Origin: an uncultured virus (IMG/VR IMGVR_UViG_3300046691_000407)
Lineage: Duplodnaviria > Heunggongvirae > Uroviricota > Caudoviricetes
Strand: one strand, 5' to 3'
Length of the DNA: 64,000 bases
IMG/VR virus record: IMGVR_UViG_3300046691_000407
A program made the translations under genes and the position numbers. The notes under the pieces are model-generated. The model was not told the origin of the DNA. It saw nothing but the letters and a program-made list of their open reading frames with translations, and ran no database searches. Of this stretch, positions 9,415 through 19,594 are shown one piece after another (positions within the stretch are counted from its first letter, which is position 1; every line of letters starts with the position of its first letter).

Positions 9415-9532
9415 ATAAACCCGAAAAAGGATGCCAATCCAACCAATTTTGGTATCCCAGCCCCCATATGGGTGCTGGCGGGTTGTGCGGCACATGTGAT
9501 ATCACCCTGACAAAAGACTGCATAAGGGGTGA

Positions 9533-9913
9533 TTGGTGGATCTCGCCGACGTTATTGAAGAAACTCGAAAGCTTAAAAGACGGCTTTGTTCTGCCGATGT
9601 CGGACTGACACCGGAGGATGTTTTTGAAAAGCCATTTCTCGACTTGGATCATTTAATCGATTTGAGAAATAGACTCAGGAAGTACGTTGCTGCATCTTCC
9701 GAGGGCGATGATGAAGCCCACGCGCTTCTTGCGTGTATGGACAAGCTGGCTGACGAGCTTTCTGGGGATTTGCCCCGCCCCTCCGACGATGACCTATGCC
9801 GTCGATTTTCATCCGGTTCCATCGACGCCCGAACGGTAATCGACATTACCGGATGGTCGGTCGACGAGCTGTATGACAACTGCCAGCGCAGGGATCTTCC
9901 GACCGCGATGTAG
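9533..9913 (+). CDS. hypothetical protein, AT-richer 5' half
   Basis: 126-aa ORF with AAGGGG RBS. Confidence 0.55.
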   Translation: MVDLADVIEETRKLKRRLCSADVGLTPEDVFEKPFLDLDHLIDLRNRLRKYVAASSEGDDEAHALLACMDKLADELSGDLPRPSDDDLCRRFSSGSIDARTVIDITGWSVDELYDNCQRRDLPTAM

Positions 9914-9976
9914 GTTTCGCGGCCTTGGCGGTGGGGTTGGCGAAAGGGCGGCAGTCCGCCCCCTCGCCTCTTCGGG

Positions 9977-10969
9977 TCAGCGTCCCGCCAGTGCGGGCAT
10001 CCAGTGCGAGACGACGTCGATGTTGTGCTGCGCCCAGTACACGCCGCCTCCGACCGCCAGTGCAACGACGAGGCCTGTGGCCGCCAGCGCGGTCAGGTTC
10101 TTCGGTGCGATCTCGAACGGCTTCTCGATCAGCCACAGGATCAGCATGCCGGTGCCGACATTGAGCAGCGCGTCGATATGGAAGCTGCCGCCCGCGACGA
10201 TCATCGCGCTGTAGGCCGCGACCGCCATGACCTGCATGCCGAGGTAGCTCTGCTTGCGCTGGTCGAGTGTCCAGAGGCTCGAGTTGATCAGGATGGCGAG
10301 AGCGAACACGAACGGACCCAGCCATTCCATGCCTGCCCTGAACACGTCGAGCTGCGGGATCGCCGCGCCCGACCAGCGCTCGAAGATGAGGATGAGGCAG
10401 ATCAGGAGTCCGGCGCCGCCGGCCCTATTGGTGGCCTTCTCGTCCTCGAAGCCGATGGCGTAGGACAGCGGCATGACGATGATGCTGAAACCGGTGAAGG
10501 CCATGAATGCGGCCACAGCGCCGAAGCCTGCGACCTCATTGCCGTACCAGACGGCGACTCCACCCCAGACAAGCGTCAGAAGTCCGAAGAACCGTGCGTT
10601 GTTCGGCGGCAGGCTGCGCATCTTGGCGGATAGAATGATCGTCGCCGCGAACAGGATGCCGCCCGGCGTCACGAACCAGGTCGCATCCGGGCCGGAGACG
10701 CCCAGAAGAGCGGGAGCGGCAAGCAGTCCGGCGGAAAGCGCGAAGCCCAGGAAATCGTAGAGGATGGGCGGGATCAGCGCGAAGATCAGGAGGAGGTTCA
10801 GGACGAAGCGTCCAAACAGGAAGGCAAAGCACGCGCCGCCGAGCACGACGGCGAACACCTTGGCGACGTTCAGCCAGGTGAGGTACCCGGCCGCGACCTG
10901 AAGCGTCGTTAGCTCGGCGCACTGGCCTGCGACGGACGAAATCGCCGCGATATCAGCAACACTTGTCAT
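9977..10969 (-). CDS. multi-pass membrane protein
   Basis: About ten hydrophobic segments; AAGGA RBS. Confidence 0.8.
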   Translation of the reverse strand: MTSVADIAAISSVAGQCAELTTLQVAAGYLTWLNVAKVFAVVLGGACFAFLFGRFVLNLLLIFALIPPILYDFLGFALSAGLLAAPALLGVSGPDATWFVTPGGILFAATIILSAKMRSLPPNNARFFGLLTLVWGGVAVWYGNEVAGFGAVAAFMAFTGFSIIVMPLSYAIGFEDEKATNRAGGAGLLICLILIFERWSGAAIPQLDVFRAGMEWLGPFVFALAILINSSLWTLDQRKQSYLGMQVMAVAAYSAMIVAGGSFHIDALLNVGTGMLILWLIEKPFEIAPKNLTALAATGLVVALAVGGGVYWAQHNIDVVSHWMPALAGR

Positions 10970-11116
10970 TTTGAATCCTTGAAGAGATTTCAGGCCGGAC
11001 TTACGGCCCCTGCGTCGTAACTACAGCATTCGGCAGGATTGGCAAGAAGCATTGCGCGGTTTGCGAAGGATTCGGCGACAAATTTGAAGGGTAACCGCTT
11101 CAGGTGCCGAGCAGGC

Positions 11117-11217
11117 AAAAAAAAGAGGCCGCGCCAAGAGACGCGGCCCAAATTGGAGGGGAACACATGCATCATCCAAACGTTGACGAGAGGGGAAACC
11201 GTCATCGATCAGTTGAT
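11117..11217 (-). ncRNA. candidate AbcR/alpha-r15-like anti-SD sRNA
   Basis: TTGACG-N18-TACAAA promoter; hairpin with loop GTTTCCCCTCT; second motif TGTTCCCCTCC; GC hairpin followed by T8. Confidence 0.65.
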
Positions 11218-11480
11218 GGATCCTTTGTAGGCGACGAACCAAGGACTCGTCAACACCTTTTGCGAATCCTTCCGAACTTTTTTGCCGACACATCGAATCC
11301 TTCTTGAGGGGTTGGCTTTTCCTGCCGGTGGCGCGACTATGGGGATGAGGCGGCAAGCAACCCCACCGCCGGGAGACGACGATGAAGACCACCACGATCT
11401 GACACTGAATTCTAGGACAGCACGCTGATAACCCGTTGGCAGTCGACGGGCGGAGTGTGTCCACGAACAAGGAGAAGATC

Positions 11481-11711
11481 ATGCGGAAGTCTGAAATCCG
11501 TCTGGGCCGGACGATCAACGCGGCCACCACCAACACCGACAGTCTCATGAAGCAGGCGGCTTCCCTTGCGGAGGCCATCGTCTTGCCGGATCGCGTGGAA
11601 TTCGCGAGCTTCGACCATCGCGGACGGAGATACTGCTTCTCCGCGCGGCTCGTGGTCGACGTCGAGGAGCTGGCCGGGCGCGTGCCGCCCGTCGTCATCC
11701 GCAAGCGGTAG
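11481..11711 (+). CDS. small hypothetical protein
   Basis: AAGGAG RBS. Confidence 0.65.
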   Translation: MRKSEIRLGRTINAATTNTDSLMKQAASLAEAIVLPDRVEFASFDHRGRRYCFSARLVVDVEELAGRVPPVVIRKR

Positions 11712-11772
11712 CGGATATGCTTGAGCCGCGGCTGGCGAGGTGGTAACGGTCCCTGAGGAACAGGAGACTGCC

Positions 11773-12120
11773 ATGGATGCGGCCGCGGCTCATAAGCAGA
11801 GCGTGAACATTCCATCCTGGATGGATGACTGGATCGAGCTTCTCAACGACGAGGAGAAGGCGCGGGTGCGCTACCGGGAGGTTGGCGAGTGGTTCATCGC
11901 TGTCGTCCCCTTCATGTTCACCGCGGGGATAATCTCGGGATATCGCTGGGCGCACGGCAGCTACGAGGATCGCTGGTGCTTCGAGACGCTGGAGAAGGCC
12001 AATGCCGCCTTCGACGGCTGGGACGGCGTGACGGGAGAGCCGTTCGGATGGCACCGCCACCCGAACACCGGGCGACACCGGACAGGCGGAGATCCGGCGC
12101 TGGAATATGTGAACCTCTGA
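11773..12120 (+). CDS. hypothetical phage-like protein
   Basis: AGGAG RBS; DRWCF...WDG..EPFGWHRH. Confidence 0.7.
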   Translation: MDAAAAHKQSVNIPSWMDDWIELLNDEEKARVRYREVGEWFIAVVPFMFTAGIISGYRWAHGSYEDRWCFETLEKANAAFDGWDGVTGEPFGWHRHPNTGRHRTGGDPALEYVNL

Positions 12121-12123
12121 CGC

Positions 12124-12753
12124 TCAGGGTGTGTGGGGAAGATTCCATTCGGAGACGCGCTGGGTGGCCTCCCTCACGGCGATGACCTCGTGTCCGTAGG
12201 TCTCGGCCGCTTCGATGTCGGGCTTGCCGATGACCGCCGTTAGGTGGCGGCTCGGGTCGATGCGGACGGTGCGGGCCTTGCCGCCTCCGATCAGATCCAC
12301 GACATGGAAGTCCGCAGAGCGGATGTCATCGACGCCGATCGAGGCGGACTGGACGGTCTCCGTCTCTCCATCCGGAATGAGATAGACCGTCAGGCTTTCC
12401 GCCGCTTCCGAGATCACGATCGTTCCATCGCCATGCCTGCGGTGATAGCTCCTGAAGTTCGCGTTCCGGCCAAAATAGAGGTTCCGCTCGAAGCCTGCGG
12501 CTTCGAATGCGGCCTCCACGGCTGCGAGCTCGCGCTCGTGCAGCTCCGAGTGGGTCTCCATCCTGGCCTGTGATTCCGACGCGAAGGGCCCCTTCCAGCG
12601 GTCGGTGTCGGGGAGCAGGAAGAACCATCCCGATCCGGGTTCAGTCCTGTCCTCGCCGACGACGCGCTTGCGGTGGTCGATGAACTGAACCTCGACATCG
12701 GTTTCGGGATCGATGATGGCAAAGTCATCCTCGAAGAGCGTCGGCAGCGCCAT
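12124..12753 (-). CDS. hypothetical protein
   Basis: AAGGA RBS, 209 aa. Confidence 0.7.
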   Translation of the reverse strand: MALPTLFEDDFAIIDPETDVEVQFIDHRKRVVGEDRTEPGSGWFFLLPDTDRWKGPFASESQARMETHSELHERELAAVEAAFEAAGFERNLYFGRNANFRSYHRRHGDGTIVISEAAESLTVYLIPDGETETVQSASIGVDDIRSADFHVVDLIGGGKARTVRIDPSRHLTAVIGKPDIEAAETYGHEVIAVREATQRVSEWNLPHTP

Positions 12754-12787
12754 GGGAATTTCCTTTCGCGCAGGGTCGTTGAAGAGG

Positions 12788-13627
12788 TCAGGCGGCGACC
12801 GCCGGCTGCCACTGGTCGAACAGCGTGGGCAGGCGGTCGTAGACCGTGCCGAAGCCGCGGTCGACGTAGTGCGGCTCCACCTGAACGACTTCGCGGCGTT
12901 CCGGATCCGTCTGCCAGAAGGTCAGCGCCCTGTCGTCGGGGTCGACGAGGCACATGGTCAGTCGGCCGGTCTCGTAGGCACCGGTGTCGATGGAGATGCG
13001 GTTCTCGGTCACGACGGGAGTCCTTCCCATGATCGTGTGGCCGTGGATGACGGGTGTCGCATCCCGGTCGACGTTCATCAGGAAGGGGTCGCGAACCCAC
13101 AGGAAGGGATCCGCCATGCCCTGCGTGGCGTAGTCGGTGTTCTTCATCGTGTTCAGATCGCGGCGCGGGTCCACACCTGCATGCGTCGCGAAGAGTGGGC
13201 CGTTCTCCGACCAGCGTGCCGCGTTGCGGAGCATCTCGATATGGTGGCCGTAGAGCTTGCGGATGTAGTTGAACGCGCGCTTGGGATCCGTGACGGGCGT
13301 GTAGGACTGCATCGTGTTCCAGCCGCCGTGGACAACCCACGAATCGACGTCCTGGAACTCGCCGTCGGTGTCGATCGCCTGCAGGAACCACTGGTCGTGG
13401 TTGCCGAGATGCAGGAGGGATCCCGGGCAATTCTGCAGGGTGTCGTGGACGAGTTCCATCGCGGCGCAGCTTTCGGGGCCGCGGTCGACGATGTCGCCAA
13501 GGAAATGGATGACGGGCGAAACACCCTTGGATGCCGAGCGGTCGCGGATGAAGTCCAGCATCTGGCCCAGAAGGTCGGCGCGGCCGTGCACGTCGCCGAT
13601 GTAGTGGATTGGTGTGATGCCGGACAT
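12788..13627 (-). CDS. Ser/Thr protein phosphatase-type metallophosphoesterase
   Basis: GDVHG, GDIVDRG, GNHD, HAG, HGHT, IDTG motifs. Confidence 0.92.
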   Translation of the reverse strand: MSGITPIHYIGDVHGRADLLGQMLDFIRDRSASKGVSPVIHFLGDIVDRGPESCAAMELVHDTLQNCPGSLLHLGNHDQWFLQAIDTDGEFQDVDSWVVHGGWNTMQSYTPVTDPKRAFNYIRKLYGHHIEMLRNAARWSENGPLFATHAGVDPRRDLNTMKNTDYATQGMADPFLWVRDPFLMNVDRDATPVIHGHTIMGRTPVVTENRISIDTGAYETGRLTMCLVDPDDRALTFWQTDPERREVVQVEPHYVDRGFGTVYDRLPTLFDQWQPAVAA

Positions 13628-13747
13628 GATAAAGCTCCTAAGTGATCAAGACTCAATTCTACAGATTGAGCGACCATTGTCAACAATTGTAGCCGACAAA
13701 TGGATCGAATCCTGCAAAATGGAGAGTTGTTCAGGATTCAGTTCAGG

Positions 13748-14347
13748 TCAGGCTGCCGCTCGTGCCGTGTGCTCGGCGCAGATGCGCCGCAGCTCCGGCC
13801 ATGCCGCCAGGGCCATCCTTGAGACGTGGTGCCAATGCGTGTCGCCACTTTCCGAGGGCCTGCATGCGGTGATGCCGTATTCAGTCTCAACTTCCTCGGG
13901 GCGTTCGAGGATCCACGGGCCAAGATAGTGATGCTGGACAATGCCTATCTCGGTTTGCCACTGATGCATGAGCCATTCCGCCGGAAGATCAGCCGGGCCA
14001 TCTGCGGCCGAGCAGACGAAGTTCGTCTCGGGGCTGGGATCCATGTTCTGGTAGAGGTATTCCTGCACGAGGTCGCTTCTCTCCGCTTCGGAGACGCCGA
14101 GATTCGCGAAGTAGTAGCGTGTGCCGCATGACCTGCAGGCTCCGGCGCTGAAGGCGGCGTCCCAAGCTCTCGCCCGCTCCGCTTCGCTCAGTCCCTGCCA
14201 TACGCCGAAGATGCTGTCGCCGTCATCGATGATGTAGCCGCCATCCGGAACCTTGCTCTGATTGGGGGTCGAGACGAGAAGCGGAGTGCTGCACGAGGGG
14301 CAGCGGATGGAGAATTCGTCGGTGACGGCGGTGGTTTGGATGCGCAT
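13748..14347 (-). CDS. hypothetical protein with two CxxC pairs
   Basis: CPSC and CRSC. Confidence 0.65.
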   Translation of the reverse strand: MRIQTTAVTDEFSIRCPSCSTPLLVSTPNQSKVPDGGYIIDDGDSIFGVWQGLSEAERARAWDAAFSAGACRSCGTRYYFANLGVSEAERSDLVQEYLYQNMDPSPETNFVCSAADGPADLPAEWLMHQWQTEIGIVQHHYLGPWILERPEEVETEYGITACRPSESGDTHWHHVSRMALAAWPELRRICAEHTARAAA

Positions 14348-14484
14348 GGGGAATCCGCTGTAGTTGCGAGTGCTTCATTGGACACCGTAGCGAGTGTCTC
14401 GGCAAGCGGTGGAAAGGATTCGATTGACAACCTCAAGGATTGGATCGCACCCTTTTGATGTGTAAACTTTTTTGGAGAACAAGC

Positions 14485-15168
14485 ATGTCGAACGAGATTG
14501 AGGGCGCCGCCCCCGACGATGAGAAGAAGAATGGATCGTGGACTTCCAAGAGGCTCTGCGCCTGCATTGCATGGGGCTTTCTGGCGTTCGCTATCGCCTG
14601 GGCAACTGGAATGCATCAATTCGTCCCACCTCTGGTCACCGAACACTACGCTCTGACTGCTGGCGTCGTCTCTGTCGTTCTTTGTTTTGTCACCTTGAAC
14701 AGCGAGTCCAAGCTGTCAGAAATCGTGTTCATTGCTGCGAACTTCATCCTCGCCGCCAGCATCCTTCATGGTCTTGGCTGGGGGTGGGGGTCGATCCTGC
14801 TGTATGACGAGATCTACGGAGTCAAGTTCCTGCTTCCGGTTGTGCCTTCGCTTGCTGTCGAAGCGGCGGTTGCCGCCGTCATCTTCTGCGCTGTATGGCA
14901 CACCGATTCCGAGGAGCTGAAGTCCGTGGGGGACCGGCTTGTCGCGAGCGGATTTTTCATCCTGGCGGGGACTGGTCTTGTCCTCGCAGTCGCGATCTGC
15001 GTGTCCGTAATTGCGGATGCCGACAGGAAGGCCGCCGAGGCTCGGGCGGCGATGCATCCGCTGACGCGGGAGCAGCGAACGGAGATCTCCGGCGACACAT
15101 GGAAGTGTGAGTTCAACACGCTGTCACGTACTGCGACCTGTGTCGCTCCGGCACCCAGTGCAGAGTAG
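14485..15168 (+). CDS. membrane protein
   Basis: GGAG RBS; several TM segments. Confidence 0.7.
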   Translation: MSNEIEGAAPDDEKKNGSWTSKRLCACIAWGFLAFAIAWATGMHQFVPPLVTEHYALTAGVVSVVLCFVTLNSESKLSEIVFIAANFILAASILHGLGWGWGSILLYDEIYGVKFLLPVVPSLAVEAAVAAVIFCAVWHTDSEELKSVGDRLVASGFFILAGTGLVLAVAICVSVIADADRKAAEARAAMHPLTREQRTEISGDTWKCEFNTLSRTATCVAPAPSAE

Positions 15169-15180
15169 AAGTCATGATTG

Positions 15181-15219
15181 CGGAGGCGCGGAGGCTGTTT
15201 GCCCCACGCCTCCGGTTTT
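15181..15219 (+). terminator. probable intrinsic terminator
   Basis: CGGAGGCG...CGCCTCCG followed by GTTTT. Confidence 0.5.
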
Positions 15220-15263
15220 CGTATTGTTTCCCTGTCAGTCCGTTGCCACGGGTATAGAGGTGG

Positions 15264-15878
15264 CTAGAGGACGCGCATCCGCTTCCCCTCGATCAGGATG
15301 ACCTGGTCGTCCGTCAGGGCGAATGCCGGGGCGCCGTACTCCTCATCGTCCCAGCGGCTGTAGCAGTCCATCACCGCGTCGCCCATCGTCGGATGACCAA
15401 GATGCGGAAGGATTGCGAAGCCCACGAAGCCGAGGCCTGCGTCGTCGCCGTCTCCCTGCGCGCGGTCGTCGAGGGACGCTGCATAGCCGATGTCGGGCGT
15501 TGCCGCGACCGATCCGGCGCTGGAACCGATATAGATCAGCCCGTCGTCGACGGCTTTCCTCACGATCTCGATGAAGCCTGTCCGGCGCATGTGGCTCATC
15601 AGGAAGAACGTGTTGCCGCCGCAGACGTAGACGGCGTGGAAGTCTCCGATGGAGAGGCCCTCCGGCAGCGGCTCCTTGCTCTTCGACAGGTCGTGGGTGA
15701 CCACCTCGAAACCCATGTTCTCGAACGGCAGGACGTGGGTGATGTGCTCCGGAGACCATCCCTCGCCCGTCGCAGCCGTCGGAATGAAGAGCAGCTTGCG
15801 CCCCTGCCCTGCGAGGAAGTTCGAGAGCTTGGGCAGGGCTGCGGTCAGTTCCGACGCGAGAAGCAGTGTCTTCGGCAT
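15264..15878 (-). CDS. pepE: peptidase S51 (PepE-like dipeptidase)
   Basis: FIPTA, GGNTF, IGSSAG, PH motifs. Confidence 0.88.
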   Translation of the reverse strand: MPKTLLLASELTAALPKLSNFLAGQGRKLLFIPTAATGEGWSPEHITHVLPFENMGFEVVTHDLSKSKEPLPEGLSIGDFHAVYVCGGNTFFLMSHMRRTGFIEIVRKAVDDGLIYIGSSAGSVAATPDIGYAASLDDRAQGDGDDAGLGFVGFAILPHLGHPTMGDAVMDCYSRWDDEEYGAPAFALTDDQVILIEGKRMRVL

Positions 15879-15995
15879 GGGTGTTCTCCTTCAGGTGCCT
15901 TAGTAGGACACGACGCGCGAATATGCAACGGAAAGTGTTGACAACTGGCATTCGTGTGTCAGAAAGGTTTCAACGAATCCTTGGGAAACATTGCG

Positions 15996-16463
15996 ATGGC
16001 ATCCGAACTGAAGATCAAGACCGTGGCCGAGAACCGCAAGGCCCGGCACAGCTACGAGATCGTCTCCACCGTGGAGGCGGGCATCGTTCTTGCCGGTTCC
16101 GAGGTCAAGTCGCTGCGCGAGGGGAAGGCCAATATCGGCGAATCCTATGCCTCCTTCGAGGGCGGCGAACTCTGGCTCATCAACTCCTACCTGCCGGAGT
16201 TCCTTCAGGCGAACCGCTTCAACCATGTGCCGCGGCGGCCGCGCAAGCTGCTGCTCCACCGCAAGGAGATGGCGCGGCTGGATGCGTCCGTCTCGCGGGA
16301 CGGGATGACGCTCGTGCCGATGAAGATCTACTTCAACGAGAAGGGCCGCGCCAAGGTCGAGCTCGCGCTGGGCCGCGGACGCAAGCTTCACGACAAGCGC
16401 CAGGCCGACAAGAAGCGCGACTGGGATCGCGAGAAGGGCCGCCTGCTGCGCGAGAAGGGCTAG
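15996..16463 (+). CDS. smpB: SsrA-binding protein
   Basis: [36 protein letters not shown]. Confidence 0.97.
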   Translation: MASELKIKTVAENRKARHSYEIVSTVEAGIVLAGSEVKSLREGKANIGESYASFEGGELWLINSYLPEFLQANRFNHVPRRPRKLLLHRKEMARLDASVSRDGMTLVPMKIYFNEKGRAKVELALGRGRKLHDKRQADKKRDWDREKGRLLREKG

Positions 16464-16536
16464 GCGCGTACTTCCTGGCATCCACTTGCCGTATGCGCCC
16501 CTGACGGCGAAGGTGTGGGAAATGGAGACCAAGCCA

Positions 16537-17025
16537 ATGAAGACGATCGCCGAAGCCAACGCCTACTTCAGAACTCTGGACCGCTGGCAGGACGAACATG
16601 GCTTCGTTTCCGATCCCGGGGATTTGCATGACGAGCTCTACGCGTTCAAGGCCACGGTCGACCTCTCAGGCGCCGAAGCGGTCTTCAAGGAGACGAATGT
16701 CGACGAGGTCATGGATGCCGGAAGCGGCGAGATCCCCGACTGGGCGACATGGACGGTCTCCTTTCCGGGGATTGGTGTGGCCAATCTGCACCTCTACGAC
16801 CTGACATCGGCGGACGCGAGGTCATGGGCCGAGTTCAATCTCGAAGAGGAACCCTATTGGAATGGCGATGACGCCTACGATTGCACTTGGGAGCAGATGG
16901 CGGCCGTCGTTGCGGCTCTTCCCGAAGATCATCGTCAGCGTTACGTCGGACTTGTCTCGGATGGCATCAAGCTCGCGGGCATTCTCGGCGAGCATGGAGT
17001 GATCCCGTCCGCTCCGCAGCCGTGA
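16537..17025 (+). CDS. hypothetical acidic protein
   Basis: GGAG RBS. Confidence 0.7.
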   Translation: MKTIAEANAYFRTLDRWQDEHGFVSDPGDLHDELYAFKATVDLSGAEAVFKETNVDEVMDAGSGEIPDWATWTVSFPGIGVANLHLYDLTSADARSWAEFNLEEEPYWNGDDAYDCTWEQMAAVVAALPEDHRQRYVGLVSDGIKLAGILGEHGVIPSAPQP

Positions 17026-17177
17026 GACCCTGTGCAACAGGGGTTGGGCGCGGTCAGTTTGATCGCCTGCGAGGGTGATGGTGAGAGGTCGCGGCGCAGC
17101 CGGGAAGACTGCGAAACCTTGCCATTCAACAGCCGTGCGGCTTTCATTGTTCTGGGAGTAGCATTGGGGGCGCTTGT

Positions 17178-18035
17178 ATGACTGCTAGCTGGATCATCGA
17201 CCAATACATGCTCGATCTTTCGTCCGAACGCGGATGCGGATCGATCGCAGAAGCCGTACGGCGGGCGGGCATGGATGTCCATGTCGTTGCTTCCGAGGCC
17301 CATCTCTCGAATGAGATGGCGCTCCCCGAATGGGGTGATCGCTGTACCGTCCTCTATGGCAGCTTCCGCTTCGTGCGCCGGGTTGAGCGACAGTTGAGGG
17401 CTTCGGCCCGCCTGCCCCTGCTTCCCGGTGCGTTCGCGCGCGTCGAGAACCTTTCCTACGCCACCTTCGGGGCGCATCTCGGAGACCTTCTGCTGAACGA
17501 CGACTTCGTCATCCTGCCGTTCGGCGAGTTCCGGCGCAGGCGGCTGCGCGGGTGGGGCGGCCGCTGCTTCCTTCGTCCGGATGCCGTGACCAAGTCCTTC
17601 GCCGGAATGGTCGTGGCGGAAGCAGACTTCGACCACGAGATGAACTCGCTGGAGAAGCTCCAGCATGTGATGCCGGAGGATCTCGTCGTTGCGGCATCCG
17701 CGCGGAACATCTTCAGGGAGACGCGGTTCGTCATCGTGGACGGAGAGGTCGTCTCCGGCAGCACCTACGGTTGGAACGGAAACGGCGACATCGGCCTGCC
17801 TATCGACGAGGCAAGCATCGCCCTCGCTCGCGCGGTCGCGTCGAATCCCTGGCAGCCGGACAGAGCCTATACCTGCGACGTTGCGCTCGTGGATGACGCT
17901 GGCGAGAAGGCCCGCCTTATCGAACTCAATTCCCTCTCCTGCGCCGGCCTCTATGCATGCGATCTCGACAAGGTCGTGGCCGCGGTGTCGGCTGCGGCAT
18001 TGGACGAGTGGGAGCAGTGCGGCGGTCTGGTCTGA
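17178..18035 (+). CDS. ATP-grasp protein (DUF4343/R2K-like)
   Basis: FLRPD..TKSF.G, ETRFVIVDG, YTCDVA, IELN..SCAGLY. Confidence 0.8.
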   Translation: MTASWIIDQYMLDLSSERGCGSIAEAVRRAGMDVHVVASEAHLSNEMALPEWGDRCTVLYGSFRFVRRVERQLRASARLPLLPGAFARVENLSYATFGAHLGDLLLNDDFVILPFGEFRRRRLRGWGGRCFLRPDAVTKSFAGMVVAEADFDHEMNSLEKLQHVMPEDLVVAASARNIFRETRFVIVDGEVVSGSTYGWNGNGDIGLPIDEASIALARAVASNPWQPDRAYTCDVALVDDAGEKARLIELNSLSCAGLYACDLDKVVAAVSAAALDEWEQCGGLV

Positions 18036-18078
18036 TGCTTTCAATCCCCTTATCCTGAACCGATCAGGAGGACGGGAC

Positions 18079-19047
18079 ATGAAGACAGAAGGACTTGAAT
18101 ACGGATTGAGGAGCCGCAGCACCGGGAAGCTGGTCAGGCTGGAGGAGCGCTACAGCGAATCCCCCGAATACGGCGTCGAGATCGACCGTCACCTGTCCTT
18201 CGACGACGAGCACCCCTACCTGCAGGACGCGGATATCGGATCGATCATGCATTTCAAGCATGGCGCGACGCTATACGGTCGCAGATCCTCGTCCTTTCTG
18301 ACAGCGCGCGAGGTGGATATCGACGATCTCGACTTGGTCGAGTTTTCCACGACGGCGAATACCTCGCCCAAAGGGGATCCCTCGCGATACACCGTCGAGG
18401 TCAGCAGGCTCGACTTCGAATTCGTAAAGGGTGTCAGATACCAGTATCCGCCCCGTCAGACGATGTCGCTCCAGAAGGTCTTCTCCAAGGCCGAGATCGC
18501 CGCGATGTCGGATCTGCCGTCGATCGAGCTCGTCACTTTGAAATCCGATGTCATCGATGTGGCCTCTGCCAGTCTTTCGGGCAAGATCATCGTGCCGGAA
18601 TATGCCAGCCGCACGCCTATCAACGCGAAACCGCTTGGGATCATCGACGTGCGCAGCTTCGAGGGTGTGACCTATGCTGCCGTGACCTATGACGTGAGGC
18701 ATCCAAGGTTCAGGCAGTTGGTCAGCCTTGCAGACGGCGCGGATCCGCACGACCAGCCCTGGGACGACCTGAAGGTCGCGTTCGGCTTCGATGACTCCGA
18801 CGAACGCTCCGTCGAGCTGCTCGATGAGATCTGGAAGGACGATCTCGATGGCGAAAGCGCATGGCCGGATGGATGGAGCATAGACGAGACGGACGGGGCC
18901 GGAGCGAGAATGGTGGTCGTCTTCAGGGTGCAAGGCCCGCTTCGCAATGAGGATGGACGCCGAGTGAGGGCGATGCTCAAGGATATCGAAACCCTGCGCG
19001 ACCCCCGCCATGCGGCATCGGAAGCCACCGTGCCAGGGCGGCGCTGA
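18079..19047 (+). CDS. hypothetical protein
   Basis: AGGAGG RBS, 322 aa. Confidence 0.7.
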   Translation: MKTEGLEYGLRSRSTGKLVRLEERYSESPEYGVEIDRHLSFDDEHPYLQDADIGSIMHFKHGATLYGRRSSSFLTAREVDIDDLDLVEFSTTANTSPKGDPSRYTVEVSRLDFEFVKGVRYQYPPRQTMSLQKVFSKAEIAAMSDLPSIELVTLKSDVIDVASASLSGKIIVPEYASRTPINAKPLGIIDVRSFEGVTYAAVTYDVRHPRFRQLVSLADGADPHDQPWDDLKVAFGFDDSDERSVELLDEIWKDDLDGESAWPDGWSIDETDGAGARMVVVFRVQGPLRNEDGRRVRAMLKDIETLRDPRHAASEATVPGRR

Positions 19048-19256
19048 CCGACGACCTGCGGACGGCGCTGTTGCCGTCCAGGCTGCGGAAAAATCCCATG
19101 GGGAGTTCGAAAACGGCCTATTTTGCTCGGAATCGAAGAATCGAATTCTCCAGGAGAAATGTCGAAAAAATAATGGCTTAGGCTTGTTCGAATCCTGTTG
19201 ACACCCAAGATTCGAGGGCTCATTCCTTCCGTCGAAACGAGCAAGGGAGAAGTCAG

Positions 19257-19520
19257 ATGGGCAGCAAGATCAAGCAGGGCCGGGAAATCATCGCCTTCCA
19301 CTATAGCTGGAACATCAGCGATGTCAGCGACGGCCTCTATCAGAACTTCAGGCCGGCTGTATACGTGGTTGGCGACGACTACTTCTGCTGCCCTCCCGGC
19401 AATGGCAAGCCTCCCGCCCCGGATCGATTTGTATGGAAGGTCGTCGGAGAGCACTACGGTCGCAAGGTCTATATCAGCGAACTGGCCGACATGAACGCCA
19501 GATTCAAGGCTGAAGGCTGA
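19257..19520 (+). CDS. small hypothetical protein
   Basis: GGGAG RBS; TTGACA upstream. Confidence 0.7.
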   Translation: MGSKIKQGREIIAFHYSWNISDVSDGLYQNFRPAVYVVGDDYFCCPPGNGKPPAPDRFVWKVVGEHYGRKVYISELADMNARFKAEG

Positions 19521-19594
19521 AGGTAGTCGAGCGAAAGGGCGCCCCAGCCATCGACGGTCGCGCCCCTTCTGGCTGTCAGGCCCCCGACACTCTC

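Noticed and set aside
16464..17177. Possible tmRNA near smpB
   Set aside because: No tRNA-like acceptor or T-arm ends recognised; 16537-17025 is a coding ORF.
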